A stretch of 64,000 nt of DNA from Anaerolineae bacterium (GTDB lineage: Bacteria; Chloroflexota; Anaerolineae; DUEN01), in assembly GCA_025060615.1 (NCBI GenBank), contig JANXBS010000002.1, positions 130,860 through 194,859 on the forward strand, read 5' to 3'. The position numbers and the translations under genes were made by a program. Positions 52,324-62,822 of the stretch are shown here, piece after piece. The notes under the pieces are model-generated. The model did not search any database, was not told the origin of the DNA, and worked only from the letters and a program-made list of their open reading frames with translations. How positions within the stretch are numbered: the first letter of the stretch is position 1; every line of letters starts with the position of its first letter.

Positions 52324-53593
52324 GCTCAAACTCGCTTGGCGACATATCCGATCTAGGCCTGTGCAAACGGCTATCACCGTAACAGTAATAGCTCTGGCTA
52401 TCGCTTTGCCAATAGCAGTAACGCTGCTGAGCGATGGAGTACAGCGTGGCATTGTGCGGGCCAGCGATCCTTTTGGTGTGTTAGTCGTTGGGGCTAAGGG
52501 TGATGCGCAGCAAATGGTGCTCAGCACTGTGCTCTTGCAAGGTACACCTATCGGCAACATCCCCTACTCTATCTACGAGCAACTCCGAGCTGATCCACGC
52601 GTGGCCTTGGCTGTACCGATCGCAATGGGAGATAACGTGGGTGGTGCCCGCATCATTGGCACTACTTCCGACCTCTTCACACTGCGTCCATCGCTCAACG
52701 AACCACCGGCTTTTCGCCTGTTAGACGGCCGGCTATTTCAGGCCAACTTCGAGGCAGTGCTGGGGTATGAAGCAGCCCTGGCCTTAGGCCTAGGCATCGG
52801 CGACCAATTCTTCCCCTCTCACGGGGTCGAACGAGGCCTGGAGAGCGATGAACACGAGTTACCTCACACGGTTGTCGGCATCCTGGAACCGAGCCATAGC
52901 CCTTATGACCGTGCCGTCTTCGTCACCTTGGAGAGCGTATGGGCAGTCCATGAGGACGAGGAGGAGACAGGCTTTGGTGGAGAGACAGCTATTGCTACGG
53001 ATCCTTCAAGCCCGACGGCACAAGCCAGTGATAATACTGTTTCGGACCACGATCAAATCACAGCTGTACTAGTAAAACCCACCGGATTTATCGAAGCTAA
53101 CGAGCTTTGGAGAGAGTTACGCTTGAACACCATGGCTCAGGCTGCCTTTCCGGGTAAAGAGCTAGGCGGGTTATTTGACCTGCTACGGCAGGGCCAACGT
53201 CTGTTGAACACCGTGGGTTATCTCGCAGCGATTATGGCGGCATTAACGGTGTTATTGGCCATGTATAGCGCCATTCAAGCCCGTGAACAAGCTATTGCCA
53301 TTATGCGCGCCTTAGGCGCTAGCCGTATGCGCATCTTTCGCATCATCCTTTATGAGACGTTGCTTGTTGCCTGGCTAGGAGCAGTCTTCGGACGGTTATT
53401 AGGCTATGGTGCAGCCGTTAGCATCGCACTGGCCTTCGCCCAGCAGTCAGCTATCCCCGTCTCAATTCGCTATCTACCTCAAATAGAACTGCTATTCTGG
53501 GTGCTACCGCTGGGATTGGGTGGATTGGCTGGCCTAGTACCAGCCATCTTGGCTTATCGAGTCAACGTGGTGGCAAAACTCTTTCCAGTTTAA
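52313..53593 (+). CDS. ABC transporter permease, FtsX/MacB type
   Basis: N-terminal TM, a large extracytoplasmic domain, and three C-terminal TMs with the FtsX signature (AIMRALGASRMRI). Confidence 0.85.
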   Translation: MGYELKLAWRHIRSRPVQTAITVTVIALAIALPIAVTLLSDGVQRGIVRASDPFGVLVVGAKGDAQQMVLSTVLLQGTPIGNIPYSIYEQLRADPRVALAVPIAMGDNVGGARIIGTTSDLFTLRPSLNEPPAFRLLDGRLFQANFEAVLGYEAALALGLGIGDQFFPSHGVERGLESDEHELPHTVVGILEPSHSPYDRAVFVTLESVWAVHEDEEETGFGGETAIATDPSSPTAQASDNTVSDHDQITAVLVKPTGFIEANELWRELRLNTMAQAAFPGKELGGLFDLLRQGQRLLNTVGYLAAIMAALTVLLAMYSAIQAREQAIAIMRALGASRMRIFRIILYETLLVAWLGAVFGRLLGYGAAVSIALAFAQQSAIPVSIRYLPQIELLFWVLPLGLGGLAGLVPAILAYRVNVVAKLFPV

Positions 53594-53619
53594 CGCTTAG
53601 CCATCACAGGAGATCAGAG

Positions 53620-53892
53620 ATGGTAACCTCAACGTCTTCAGAAGATCGTGCTGTGAATCCACTTCCCTCCCCATTTGACCATTACGGACGGCTCCTTGAG
53701 CATCTTCAAAACGGATGGGAGATTGATCCTCCAGTGTTCCGAAGGCCTAGATGGCCTGCTTATCCTACTAATGATCAGGTCTACCACTTTGTCCTTAAGA
53801 ACGGTGAACGGCGTCTACTGTTGAGCATTCCCTGTTCGAGCGCTGTAGAACAGTTCATACGCGATCACCATTTACGAGTCGATCAGTTATGA
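53620..53892 (+). CDS. Hypothetical protein (90 aa)
   Basis: AGGAGA RBS; begins 26 nt after the permease stop. No family recognised. Confidence 0.4.
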   Translation: MVTSTSSEDRAVNPLPSPFDHYGRLLEHLQNGWEIDPPVFRRPRWPAYPTNDQVYHFVLKNGERRLLLSIPCSSAVEQFIRDHHLRVDQL

Positions 53893-53911
53893 GATCACGG
53901 AAGTTATAGCT

Positions 53912-54979
53912 ATGGAGGAACATTCATCAACTGTTAGTAGAGTTATTTCCCTGGAGGAATTTAGACGGCTTCGGTTGCGCGCCTTTGTGCAAGAAATGCT
54001 GAGCATTCTTAGTCGGCAACCTCTTGATCTGCTCCCCTTTGAGGAAGTGCGCACTCGTTTACGGCTACGTAACAAGTTCTACCGCGGATTACAGGAGGTG
54101 CCCCTAGATCGGATCGTAGGCAGTCTCGGACGTTACAGGGACTTTACGCGCACGTTTTTGCCACTACATGATGGCATCCAAGAGCGATGGGCTAGGGTAG
54201 ACGAGCTAACACACTCAGGTATAGGCTTCCCTCCTGTCGAACTGTACAAAGTCGGTGAGATCTACTTCGTCAAGGATGGCAACCATCGGATCTCTGTCGC
54301 CCTCGCCCACAGGGCTTCCACTATCCAGGCCCATGTATGGGAATACCAGACGAGGGTATCCTTAGCACCGGACACAAATGTCAACGACTTGGTGATCAAG
54401 CAAGAGTATCTGGACTTTCTGACGCACACTCAACTTGACCTATTACGGCCTGCACAACGGATCGAGTGTACCATCCCGGGAGCGTATCGCGAGCTGGAAG
54501 AACACATTGAGGTCCATCGCTATTTCCTGGGATTAGAACGGAAGGCCGAAGTGCCATACCAAGAGGCGGTACTGAGCTGGTATGATAACATCTACTGGCC
54601 AGCCGTACAGGCGATTCGTCGTCATAAAGTCCTTGACGCCTTCCCTGGTCGCACAGAGGCGGATCTTTACCTGTGGGTGATGCAGCATCTGTACTTTCTA
54701 CGCGAAGCGTACGGCCCAACAGTGGATGTGGAAAGCGCTGCGTTAGACCTGGCCGAACGATATCCTCAAGCGCCCATGCGCCGGGTTGTCCGAACTTTCT
54801 ATCGCTATTTGCCATGGCTGATCAAGCTGAAAACCCTTATCGCCAAACGGCACCAGAATGCAGATCGAATGATGCAACGTGCTTCAAGTGGGCGCCGGCG
54901 ATCTTTAACAGAACGTTCATCTGCAGTTAACAAGTTGTTAACATTTCTTCGCGGCTCCCTTAAATGGCTCGTGATATAA
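53912..54979 (+). CDS. ParB/Srx-like nuclease-domain protein with DUF4032-like C-terminal region
   Basis: ParB/sulfiredoxin-type motif ([14 protein letters not shown]). The remaining ~250 aa is a conserved uncharacterised domain. Start is 19 nt after the preceding stop. Confidence 0.55.
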   Translation: MEEHSSTVSRVISLEEFRRLRLRAFVQEMLSILSRQPLDLLPFEEVRTRLRLRNKFYRGLQEVPLDRIVGSLGRYRDFTRTFLPLHDGIQERWARVDELTHSGIGFPPVELYKVGEIYFVKDGNHRISVALAHRASTIQAHVWEYQTRVSLAPDTNVNDLVIKQEYLDFLTHTQLDLLRPAQRIECTIPGAYRELEEHIEVHRYFLGLERKAEVPYQEAVLSWYDNIYWPAVQAIRRHKVLDAFPGRTEADLYLWVMQHLYFLREAYGPTVDVESAALDLAERYPQAPMRRVVRTFYRYLPWLIKLKTLIAKRHQNADRMMQRASSGRRRSLTERSSAVNKLLTFLRGSLKWLVI

Positions 54980-54982
54980 TAG
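54926..54982 (+). promoter_or_regulatory. Putative Pho box + -10 for pstS (GTTAACAAGTT / GTTAACATTTC / ...CTTAAATGGCT, then TATAAT)
   Basis: Two perfect GTTAACA heptamers 11 bp apart plus a degenerate third repeat, then TATAAT at 54977-54982. All of this lies within the last ~18 codons of the upstream CDS. Confidence 0.45.
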
Positions 54983-55032
54983 TTTACGAACCTTGGCAGA
55001 GGTTCCAATCTTACTCAACCAGGAGGATTGTA

Positions 55033-56172
55033 ATGAAGCGTTACACGATGCTTACCGGCTTAATCCTGATGGCCCTGCTGTTGGCTGCGTGTGCTGTCGC
55101 ATCGCCTCCCCCTACACCGACACCAGAGGCCGTCCAGGAAACTGGAGCTCAGGCGGTTTCACCTCAGCAAACTCCTGAACCTACCCCTACGCCCGAACCA
55201 ACGCCGGTGACTGAACCGACACCAGTGGCCGAATTGGCCGGCGATATCCTGATTGACGGCTCCAGCACCGTCTATCCCATTACTGAGGCCATGGCCGAGG
55301 AATTCCAGAAGCAACATCCCAACGTCCGTGTGACCGTAGGCATCTCTGGCACTGGCGGCGGTTTTAAGAAGTTCTGCAACGGAGAGACCGCTATCTCCAA
55401 TGCCTCACGCCCGATTAAATCCTCAGAAGTAGACCTATGCGCACAAAATGGGATCGAGTATATCGAGCTACCCGTAGCTTATGATGGCCTGGCCGTCATG
55501 GTTAACCCACAAAATGACTGGGTGGACTTCATGACCGTCGAAGAGCTGAAGAAGATCTGGGAACCTGAGGCGCAAGGCCAGATCACCCGTTGGAACCAGA
55601 TCCGTCCAGAGTGGCCCGATGAGGAACTCCATCTATATGGCCCCGGCGTAGATTCGGGCACTTACGATTACTTCACCGAAGCGATTGTCGGTAAGGCGGG
55701 AAGCAGCCGCGGTGACTTCCAGGCCAGCGAAGATGACAACGTGCTGGTTCAAGGCATCGCCACCGATCGTCTGGCACTCGGGTTCTTTGGGCTGGCCTAC
55801 TATGAAGCAAATCAGGACAAGCTCAAGTTGGTCGCTATCGACGATGGCAACCCAGATAATGGCGAAGGTCCAATCCTGCCCTCTGCAGAGACCGTGCAGA
55901 ATGGCACCTACCAGCCACTTTCTCGTCCCCTTTTCATCTACGTGAGCAAGGCTGCCGCTGAGCGGCCAGAAGTGCAGGCGTTTGTCCGCTTCTATCTAGA
56001 TCCAGCTAACGCCAACGCGCTGGTACGCGAGGTCGGCTATATCGCATTGCCCGAGCAGGTCTACCAGCTGGCTCTGAAGCGATTTGAGCAGCGCATCACC
56101 GGTTCCGTCTTTGCAGAGGGTCCTCAAGTGGGGGTGACGCTGGAGGAGTTGTTGCAGAAGGAGCAGCAGTGA
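55033..56172 (+). CDS. pstS: Phosphate ABC transporter substrate-binding lipoprotein
   Basis: Lipobox (LLAACA), Pro/Thr-rich linker, PstS motifs (GSSTVYP...SGTGGG). AGGAGG RBS. Confidence 0.9.
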   Translation: MKRYTMLTGLILMALLLAACAVASPPPTPTPEAVQETGAQAVSPQQTPEPTPTPEPTPVTEPTPVAELAGDILIDGSSTVYPITEAMAEEFQKQHPNVRVTVGISGTGGGFKKFCNGETAISNASRPIKSSEVDLCAQNGIEYIELPVAYDGLAVMVNPQNDWVDFMTVEELKKIWEPEAQGQITRWNQIRPEWPDEELHLYGPGVDSGTYDYFTEAIVGKAGSSRGDFQASEDDNVLVQGIATDRLALGFFGLAYYEANQDKLKLVAIDDGNPDNGEGPILPSAETVQNGTYQPLSRPLFIYVSKAAAERPEVQAFVRFYLDPANANALVREVGYIALPEQVYQLALKRFEQRITGSVFAEGPQVGVTLEELLQKEQQ

Positions 56173-57107
56173 CAGGAACCCATCAACTGAATTGGTTTGA
56201 GCCTGAGAGAGGGAGCTTTCATCGTCGGCGAGGCCGCTGGGGGGAGAAAGCCTTACAGGCCCTCTTTGCGGCCTTCGCCTTTTTGTCCATCTTCACCACC
56301 TTGGGCATCCTCGGCGTGCTTACCCTGGAGACCGTACTGTTCTTCCGGCGGGTCTCGCTCCTGGACTTTTTAACCGATACGCAATGGACGCCACTATTCA
56401 CTGAGAAGCGCTTCGGTATCATGGTGTTGGCCAGCGCCACCTTTCTTACTACGATCATTGCGCTATCGGTATCGCTGCCCGTCGGGCTACTAGCAGCCGT
56501 ATACTTGAGTGAATACGCATCGGAGCAAGTACGCCGAGTCCTCAAACCCAGCTTGGAGGTACTTGCTGGCATTCCGACAGTGGTCTACGGCTACTTTGCT
56601 CTGCTATTCGTCACTCCATTGCTCAAGCATCTTATCCCTTCCATTGCCGGTTTCAACGCGCTGAGCGCAGGTTTGGTCATGGGGATCATGATCATTCCCA
56701 CCGTGGCTTCGCTTAGTGAAGATGCCCTCTACGCTGTGCCGCGCTCGCTTCGTGAGGGTGCTTATGCCCTAGGGGCAACGCGCCGCGAGGTAATAACTGG
56801 CGTAGTGATGCCTGCAGCTCTCTCGGGCATCGCCGCTGCATGCATTCTAGCCATATCTCGCGCCGTGGGTGAGACGATGATTGTGGCCATCGCTGCCGGA
56901 CAGAATCCTCGCCTGACGTTGAACCCATTGGTCCCTATAGAGACGATGACTGCCTATATCGTCCAGATCAGCCTGGGCGATACGCCGACGGGAACTTTGG
57001 AGTTTCAGACCATCTTTGCCGTGGGTATGGCGCTGTTTTTGATCACGCTGGGGTTGAACATCCTCAGCCATTGGTTTGTCCGCCGCTATCGGGAGCAGTA
57101 CGAATGA
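56169..57107 (+). CDS. pstC: Phosphate ABC transporter permease
   Basis: EAA loop ([23 protein letters not shown]). GTGA overlap with pstS. Confidence 0.9.
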   Translation: MTGTHQLNWFEPERGSFHRRRGRWGEKALQALFAAFAFLSIFTTLGILGVLTLETVLFFRRVSLLDFLTDTQWTPLFTEKRFGIMVLASATFLTTIIALSVSLPVGLLAAVYLSEYASEQVRRVLKPSLEVLAGIPTVVYGYFALLFVTPLLKHLIPSIAGFNALSAGLVMGIMIIPTVASLSEDALYAVPRSLREGAYALGATRREVITGVVMPAALSGIAAACILAISRAVGETMIVAIAAGQNPRLTLNPLVPIETMTAYIVQISLGDTPTGTLEFQTIFAVGMALFLITLGLNILSHWFVRRYREQYE

Positions 57108-58045
57108 ACGTCGAACCCTCTGTCGCTATCCCTGAGTTAAAACTGGCCTCGCGCCAACCGCCCACATTCCATCGCCCCTTGGGCATCCGCAAGTTCCTAG
57201 ACCGATTGTTTGAATGGTTAACCTTGATTGCCACGTTTCTTGGATTGATTGTGCTAGTTGTGCTCCTGTGGGATGTGCTACAGGACGGCCTGCCGCGCCT
57301 GAACTGGCAGTTCCTCACCAGCTTTCCGTCTCGTAAACCGGAGGAGGCCGGCATCCTTTCCGCGTTGGTAGGCTCGCTATGGTTGTTAGGGCTCACCGCC
57401 TTAATCGCCTTCCCGATAGGCGTAGGGGCCGGCATTTACCTGGAGGAGTATGCACCGGATAACCGGCTCACTCAACTGATTGAGATCAATATCGCCAACT
57501 TGGCCGGCGTACCCTCGATTATCTATGGGCTGTTGGGCTTGGAGATCTTCGTGCGGTTTCTATTCCCGGTCACTGGCGGGCGCAGCGTGCTCTCAGGGGC
57601 ACTCACAATGAGTTTACTCATCCTACCTGTTATCATCATCGCTACTCGCGAGGCCTTGCGAGCCGTGCCAGATACCTTGCGCCAGGCTGGATATGCTCTA
57701 GGCGCCACCCGTTGGCAGGTGATTCGCGATCAGGTATTGCCCTTGGCCTTTCCCGGTATCCTGACAGGGACGATCCTAGCCCTCTCCCGCGCCATCGGCG
57801 AGACAGCTCCCCTCATCACCATCGGTGCGCTGACGTACATCGCCTTTCTGCCTCCGCTGGGCTTGGAAGGGCTGCGCTCCCCCTTCACCGTGTTGCCGAT
57901 TCAGATCTTCAACTGGGTCTCGCGGCCACAAAAGGGATTTCACATCAATGCCGCTGCCGGCATCATCGTCTTGTTGGCCGTGCTGTTGTCCATGAACTCC
58001 ATCGCCATCGTGCTGCGCAACAAGTACCAGAGGAGGCTGGAATGA
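57104..58045 (+). CDS. pstA: Phosphate ABC transporter permease
   Basis: [27 protein letters not shown] overlap with pstC. Confidence 0.9.
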   Translation: MNVEPSVAIPELKLASRQPPTFHRPLGIRKFLDRLFEWLTLIATFLGLIVLVVLLWDVLQDGLPRLNWQFLTSFPSRKPEEAGILSALVGSLWLLGLTALIAFPIGVGAGIYLEEYAPDNRLTQLIEINIANLAGVPSIIYGLLGLEIFVRFLFPVTGGRSVLSGALTMSLLILPVIIIATREALRAVPDTLRQAGYALGATRWQVIRDQVLPLAFPGILTGTILALSRAIGETAPLITIGALTYIAFLPPLGLEGLRSPFTVLPIQIFNWVSRPQKGFHINAAAGIIVLLAVLLSMNSIAIVLRNKYQRRLE

Positions 58046-58866
58046 CGATCCTAGCCCGCCTACACACCGAGATTCTGAAACGCCCAGAGTCGTTGCACAT
58101 TAGTGATTCCGTTTTCTCAGTCCGCAATCTGAGCGTGCGGTACTACGGCCGCCCTGCGCTGCGCGACATTCACATCGAGATCCCGCGTCACCGGATCACG
58201 GCCATCATTGGCCCATCAGGATGCGGCAAGAGCACCTTCCTCCGCTGTCTCAACCGGATGAACGAGCTCATCCCCGGCAGCCAGGTCCAGGGCCAAGTGT
58301 TGTTGGATGGGCAGGACATCTACGCGCCAGAAATAGATCCCGTCGAGGTGCGGCGACGGGTTGGCATGGTGTTTCAAAAGCCTAATCCATTCCCCAAGTC
58401 GATCTATGAAAACGTTGCCTGGGGAGCTCGCATCAACGGATACCGGGGCAACATGGATGAGCTGGTGGAGTGGGCGCTCCGCAAAGCTGCGCTGTGGGAT
58501 GAAGTGAAGGACAAGCTGCACCAGCCCGGCACAGCTCTCTCCGGCGGCCAGCAACAGCGGCTGTGTATCGCTCGGGCGCTGGCCGTAAAGCCGGAGGTCC
58601 TTTTAATGGACGAGCCAGCCTCGGCTTTGGACCCCATCGCCACCCTCAAGATCGAGGATTTGATGCGCGAGCTGGCCAGAGATTACACCATCGTCATCGT
58701 CACCCACAATATGCAGCAGGCGGCTCGGGTTTCAGATTATACTGCCTTCTTCCTGATGGACGAGGATCGGGCCGGCGTTATGGTAGAATATGGTCCTACC
58801 CGGCAGATCTTCACGAACCCGCGCGACCAGCGCACGGAAGATTACATCACCGGGAGATTCGGATAA
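58042..58866 (+). CDS. pstB: Phosphate ABC transporter ATP-binding protein
   Basis: Walker A (GPSGCGKST), signature ([14 protein letters not shown]). ATGA overlap with pstA. Confidence 0.95.
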   Translation: MTILARLHTEILKRPESLHISDSVFSVRNLSVRYYGRPALRDIHIEIPRHRITAIIGPSGCGKSTFLRCLNRMNELIPGSQVQGQVLLDGQDIYAPEIDPVEVRRRVGMVFQKPNPFPKSIYENVAWGARINGYRGNMDELVEWALRKAALWDEVKDKLHQPGTALSGGQQQRLCIARALAVKPEVLLMDEPASALDPIATLKIEDLMRELARDYTIVIVTHNMQQAARVSDYTAFFLMDEDRAGVMVEYGPTRQIFTNPRDQRTEDYITGRFG

Positions 58867-58898
58867 TCTCACCGCTTTGAAAAAGAGGGGTGAGGGCT

Positions 58899-59453
58899 AT
58901 GCTCTACCATGAGGTTCCCATGCCGGAACGAAAGAGGATCGCCCTAATCGCTCACGATAACAAAAAGCAGGAGCTATTGGAGTGGGCGATGTTTAATCGC
59001 GGCCTCCTGGCCCAGCACGAGCTATACGCTACCGGGACAACGGGAAAGCTGATCGCCGAGACGTGCGGCTTGGCGATCACCGCGCTGCAAAGTGGGCCGC
59101 TGGGCGGAGATCAACAGATCGGAGCGAGGATCGTCGAGGGGGGCATAGATTTTCTGATCTTCTTCTGGGATCCCTTGGAACCTTTACCTCATGACCCGGA
59201 TATCAAGGCATTGCTCCGGATCGCCGTGGTATGGAACATCCCCGTCGCCTGCAACCGCTCCTCAGCTGATTTCATGATCTCGTCTCCCTTGATGAGACAA
59301 GGATATCAGCGGCTGATCCCCGACTACACCGAATGGGGGCGCACGCCCCGGCAAATGAAACTACAGCCATGGGATCTTTCATCCTCTAGCGGAATCGAGG
59401 CAAACAATACCGATCGAGAAGCCCCTTCTAGGACTATCGGAACGGATCGGTGA
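58899..59453 (+). CDS. mgsA: Methylglyoxal synthase
   Basis: MgsA motifs ([11 protein letters not shown]; LYATGTTG; GGDQQIGA; FFWDPL...HDPD). Start choice 58890, 58899 or 58920 is uncertain. Confidence 0.8.
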   Translation: MLYHEVPMPERKRIALIAHDNKKQELLEWAMFNRGLLAQHELYATGTTGKLIAETCGLAITALQSGPLGGDQQIGARIVEGGIDFLIFFWDPLEPLPHDPDIKALLRIAVVWNIPVACNRSSADFMISSPLMRQGYQRLIPDYTEWGRTPRQMKLQPWDLSSSSGIEANNTDREAPSRTIGTDR

Positions 59454-59454
59454 A

Positions 59455-59889
59455 ATGACCACCAAGAGAAAGGTGCTATTTTTATGCACAGGTAACTCAG
59501 CGCGCAGCCAGATGGCAGAGGGGCTGGTCAACTGCTTTCTAGGAGATGGCTGGGAGGCGTTCTCGGCCGGCACGCATCCTGCCGGATATGTCCATCCATT
59601 GGCCATCCAGGTGATGTCCGAGCTGGGCATAGACATCTCGCATCACCGATCGAAGTCAGCCGATGAATTTCGCGAGGCCTCGTTTGACTTGGTGATCACC
59701 GTGTGCGATGATGCGGCCGAACAATGTCCCATTTGGCTCGGCTCAGGCCAGCGGGTGCATCTCGGCTTTCCCGATCCCGCCCGTGTCCCCGGCACGTTGG
59801 AAGAGCAGCTGGCCGCCTTTCGACAGGTACGGGATGCGATCCGGCGAGAAGTGCTGGGATATCTCGAGGGGATCAACGACGATGGATGA
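59455..59889 (+). CDS. arsC: Arsenate reductase, thioredoxin-coupled LMW-PTP family
   Basis: P-loop CTGNSARS and Cys pair VCDDAAEQCP, aligning closely with Bacillus-type ArsC. Starts 1 nt after the mgsA stop. Confidence 0.75.
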   Translation: MTTKRKVLFLCTGNSARSQMAEGLVNCFLGDGWEAFSAGTHPAGYVHPLAIQVMSELGIDISHHRSKSADEFREASFDLVITVCDDAAEQCPIWLGSGQRVHLGFPDPARVPGTLEEQLAAFRQVRDAIRREVLGYLEGINDDG

Positions 59890-59960
59890 CGGACGGCAAA
59901 GGGAGAAGACAAAGGACAGATCGCCGTCCTTGGCCTTCCTCTCATCAAAGGGAAGGTTCC

Positions 59961-60749
59961 ATGGATACCTCTCAGCCCACCTTTCATGTCCCGGCTCAGC
60001 ACAACACAAAGCTACAACAGCTCGTAGAACGGGTCAACGCTGACGCCGAGCTCTTCCAGCTTTGGCGGTGCGCCAACATCAACGCAGTGGATCGCTATGG
60101 GATTAGCGATCACGGTGAGGTACACATCCGCATTGTGGCTAACGCCGCATTGCGGCTGTTACGCTTGCTCATCGATGCCGGCGTCGAACCCAGTGTAGTT
60201 ACTCATCACAAGCTCACTCCGGACGATGCTGAAGTGATCGTGGTGCTGGCCGCCTGCCTGCACGACGTGGGCATCGCTATCCATCGGGATGATCACGAGC
60301 GGTACAGCCTGATCTTGGCCTATCCTAAGGCGCGCCAATTGCTCGATGGCTTGTACATCGAGCCGGCCCTCACCATCATGGTAGCGGAGACGCTCCACGC
60401 AGTCATCGCTCACCGCGCTGACCAGCGTTGCCTGACCCTCGAAGCCGGAGTGCTCAAGGTAGCCGATGCCCTAGATATGACGCATGGGCGCTCACGCATC
60501 CCGTTTGAAGCTGGCCAGGTGAACATCCACTCCGTTTCAGCCCAGGCTGTCGAGGCCGTGAACATCGCCCCGGGAAGTGAACGGCCGGTCCGGGTGGACA
60601 TCACCTTGAGCAACTCGGCTGGCATCTTCCAGGTGGATGAGCTGCTCAAGCGCAAGCTCAAGAACTCGACCCTGGCCCCCTATGTTGAAGTGGTGGCCCA
60701 CATCGAGGGAGAAACCGAACGGCGCCTACTGGAAGTGTACAAGCTGTGA
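59961..60749 (+). CDS. HD-domain metal-dependent phosphohydrolase
   Basis: H...HD (ACLHDVGIAIH) and D motifs. Start at MDTSQP is preferred over the long ORF-track extension, which overlaps arsC. Confidence 0.7.
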   Translation: MDTSQPTFHVPAQHNTKLQQLVERVNADAELFQLWRCANINAVDRYGISDHGEVHIRIVANAALRLLRLLIDAGVEPSVVTHHKLTPDDAEVIVVLAACLHDVGIAIHRDDHERYSLILAYPKARQLLDGLYIEPALTIMVAETLHAVIAHRADQRCLTLEAGVLKVADALDMTHGRSRIPFEAGQVNIHSVSAQAVEAVNIAPGSERPVRVDITLSNSAGIFQVDELLKRKLKNSTLAPYVEVVAHIEGETERRLLEVYKL

Positions 60750-60815
60750 AAAGACGCTCAAGACTCCGGGAGGCCAGCGATGAGCCTATACCTGGCACTC
60801 CTTGTCAACGGGGCC

Positions 60816-62510
60816 TTACGAGCTCCTCACCTTTTCCGGCGGGAACATCGCATAACGATACGTCTCCCAGCCGCCGGTCAGGTTTAAAGGACGGAAGCCA
60901 TGCTGGAAGAGGATGCGACATGCTACATAGGCCCGCAGGCCAGCCTGGCATACAACCACAGGGCGCCGATCACGTGGTAGCTCATGTAGTCGATGGCGCA
61001 GCTCGTCTACTGGGACATGGAGGGAGCCTGGAATATGCCCTGCTTCATACTCGCCTGAAGTGCGCACATCTAGTACATAGTACTGCTCCGGGTCTAACCG
61101 GACGACCTCATCCCATGTGATCAGCGTAACATCGCCGCGCAGGACATTGCTTGCCACAAATCCTACCATGTTTACAGGATCCTTGGCCGATCCGTATGGC
61201 GGCGCGTATGAAAGCTCCAGCCCCTCCAAATCAAACACCGTCATCCCCCCCTGAATGGCTGTAGCAAGCACATCAATGCGCTTGTCCACTCCACCGCGCC
61301 CCACGATCTGCGCGCCTAAGAGCTTCCCCTCGGGTACACTGAAGAGGAGTTTGATAGTTAGCCGCTGGGCGCCTGGATAGTATCCCGCGTGCGAGCTCGC
61401 GTGCACAATACAAGAGTTGAATGCAACCCCGGCAGCCCGGGCTTGACGAGCATTTAGCCCAGTGTACGCTACCGTCAGATCGAACACCTTGACAATAGCT
61501 GTGCCATAGGTGCCACGATAAGACGAAGGCCGGCCGCAGATGTGATCGGCAGCAACGCGGCCCTGCTTGTTGGCCGGCCCTGCTAAAGGTACGAAGGATG
61601 GTTCGCCCGTCAGCGGGTTGATCACTTGTACCGCATCCCCTACGGCGTAAATATCTGGATCGGACGTCTGCATATGTTCGTTGACAACGATAGCATCCCG
61701 TACCCCTAACTTCAGCCCCGCCCCCGCCGCCAGCTCACTCTCTGGCTGTACGCCAACGGCCAAGATCACCAAATCCGCTGGGAACTGACGGCCGCTCTGG
61801 GTGATGACCACTAGGCAGTCGGCCTTCTCCTCGATCCTAGCCAGTCCGTCTCCCAGACATAATTGCACTCCACACTCGGCCAAGTGATGGTGTACCATTG
61901 CAGCCATCTCGAAGTCCAGCGGAGGCAGCACCTGGGGTAGCATCTCCACTAACGTCACTCCCAGGCCACGGTGGTGTAGGTTTTCCGTCATCTCCAGCCC
62001 GATGAAACCGCCGCCCACTACCACTGCGCGGCTGGCCTCCGTGCTTTCGATCCAATGAGCGATCGCATCTACATCCGGAATGCCGCGGACGGTAAATACG
62101 CCAGCTTGGTCTACACCGGGCACAGGTGGCACGAGCGGCTTTGATCCTGGGGATAGGATCAACTGGTCGTAGGATTCCTCATACTCACGCCCCGTCGTCA
62201 CCTCTCGGACACGTACCACCTTGCGCGCCCGGTCAATAGCGATCGCCTCATGTAACGGACGGATGTCCAAATTAAAGCGAGCTTCCAGCTCCTGTTCCGT
62301 CTGCACCAATAAGGTCTCGCGTTGAGGGATCACGCGTCCCACATAATACGGCAAACCGCAATTCGCAAAGGATACATACGGCCCGCGTTCCAACACCACG
62401 ATCTCGGCTTGTTCGTCCAGACGACGCAAGCGAGCGGCTGCGCTCATCCCGCCGGCCACTCCACCTATGATCACGACCTTACGTGAAGGGCCACTTGAAA
62501 TCGACGACAT
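60816..62510 (-). CDS. CoA-disulfide reductase-like FAD/NAD(P) pyridine nucleotide-disulfide oxidoreductase with C-terminal rhodanese domain
   Basis: FAD-binding GxGxxG (VVIIGGVAGG), redox Cys (SFANCGLPYY), and a C-terminal rhodanese with catalytic Cys (VVVCQAGLRA). Confidence 0.8.
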   Translation of the reverse strand: MSSISSGPSRKVVIIGGVAGGMSAAARLRRLDEQAEIVVLERGPYVSFANCGLPYYVGRVIPQRETLLVQTEQELEARFNLDIRPLHEAIAIDRARKVVRVREVTTGREYEESYDQLILSPGSKPLVPPVPGVDQAGVFTVRGIPDVDAIAHWIESTEASRAVVVGGGFIGLEMTENLHHRGLGVTLVEMLPQVLPPLDFEMAAMVHHHLAECGVQLCLGDGLARIEEKADCLVVITQSGRQFPADLVILAVGVQPESELAAGAGLKLGVRDAIVVNEHMQTSDPDIYAVGDAVQVINPLTGEPSFVPLAGPANKQGRVAADHICGRPSSYRGTYGTAIVKVFDLTVAYTGLNARQARAAGVAFNSCIVHASSHAGYYPGAQRLTIKLLFSVPEGKLLGAQIVGRGGVDKRIDVLATAIQGGMTVFDLEGLELSYAPPYGSAKDPVNMVGFVASNVLRGDVTLITWDEVVRLDPEQYYVLDVRTSGEYEAGHIPGSLHVPVDELRHRLHELPRDRRPVVVCQAGLRAYVACRILFQHGFRPLNLTGGWETYRYAMFPPEKVRSS

Positions 62511-62733
62511 ATCTGATCCTCTGGTGCCTCCTGTTCTGAAAACTTTTAGGCGATTACGATATCGCGCGCTGAACACGATCTCGCCATGTCTTCCATCATG
62601 ATGTGACGATCATGACCTCTAGGCGCTTAGATCGAGAGGTTTATGGGTTCCAGTTCAAACTCGGCTTTAAAGTCGAAGATGCCACCAGTGACTCGAGAGT
62701 TACTCCCTCTTAGCTCGGATAGAGAAGGGCGGC

Positions 62734-62763
62734 TTGTCAAAGAGAGGTGATGAAGGGTAGAAT
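62734..62763 (+). promoter_or_regulatory. Putative promoter TTGTCA-18-TAGAAT
   Basis: Upstream of the sugar-phosphate isomerase gene; sequence pattern only. Confidence 0.35.
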
Positions 62764-62822
62764 GTCTTCTGTCAGGTGCTGATGTTTGCCGTCATCCAGT
62801 CCATGGGGAAGGAGAAAGGGCT

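Noticed and set aside
55100-55260. Repetitive CCTGAACC/ACGCC-type nucleotide repeats that could be mistaken for a repeat array
   Set aside because: They encode the Pro/Thr/Glu-rich flexible linker of the PstS lipoprotein ([19 protein letters not shown]). They are in-frame, not CRISPR-like, and have no spacers.
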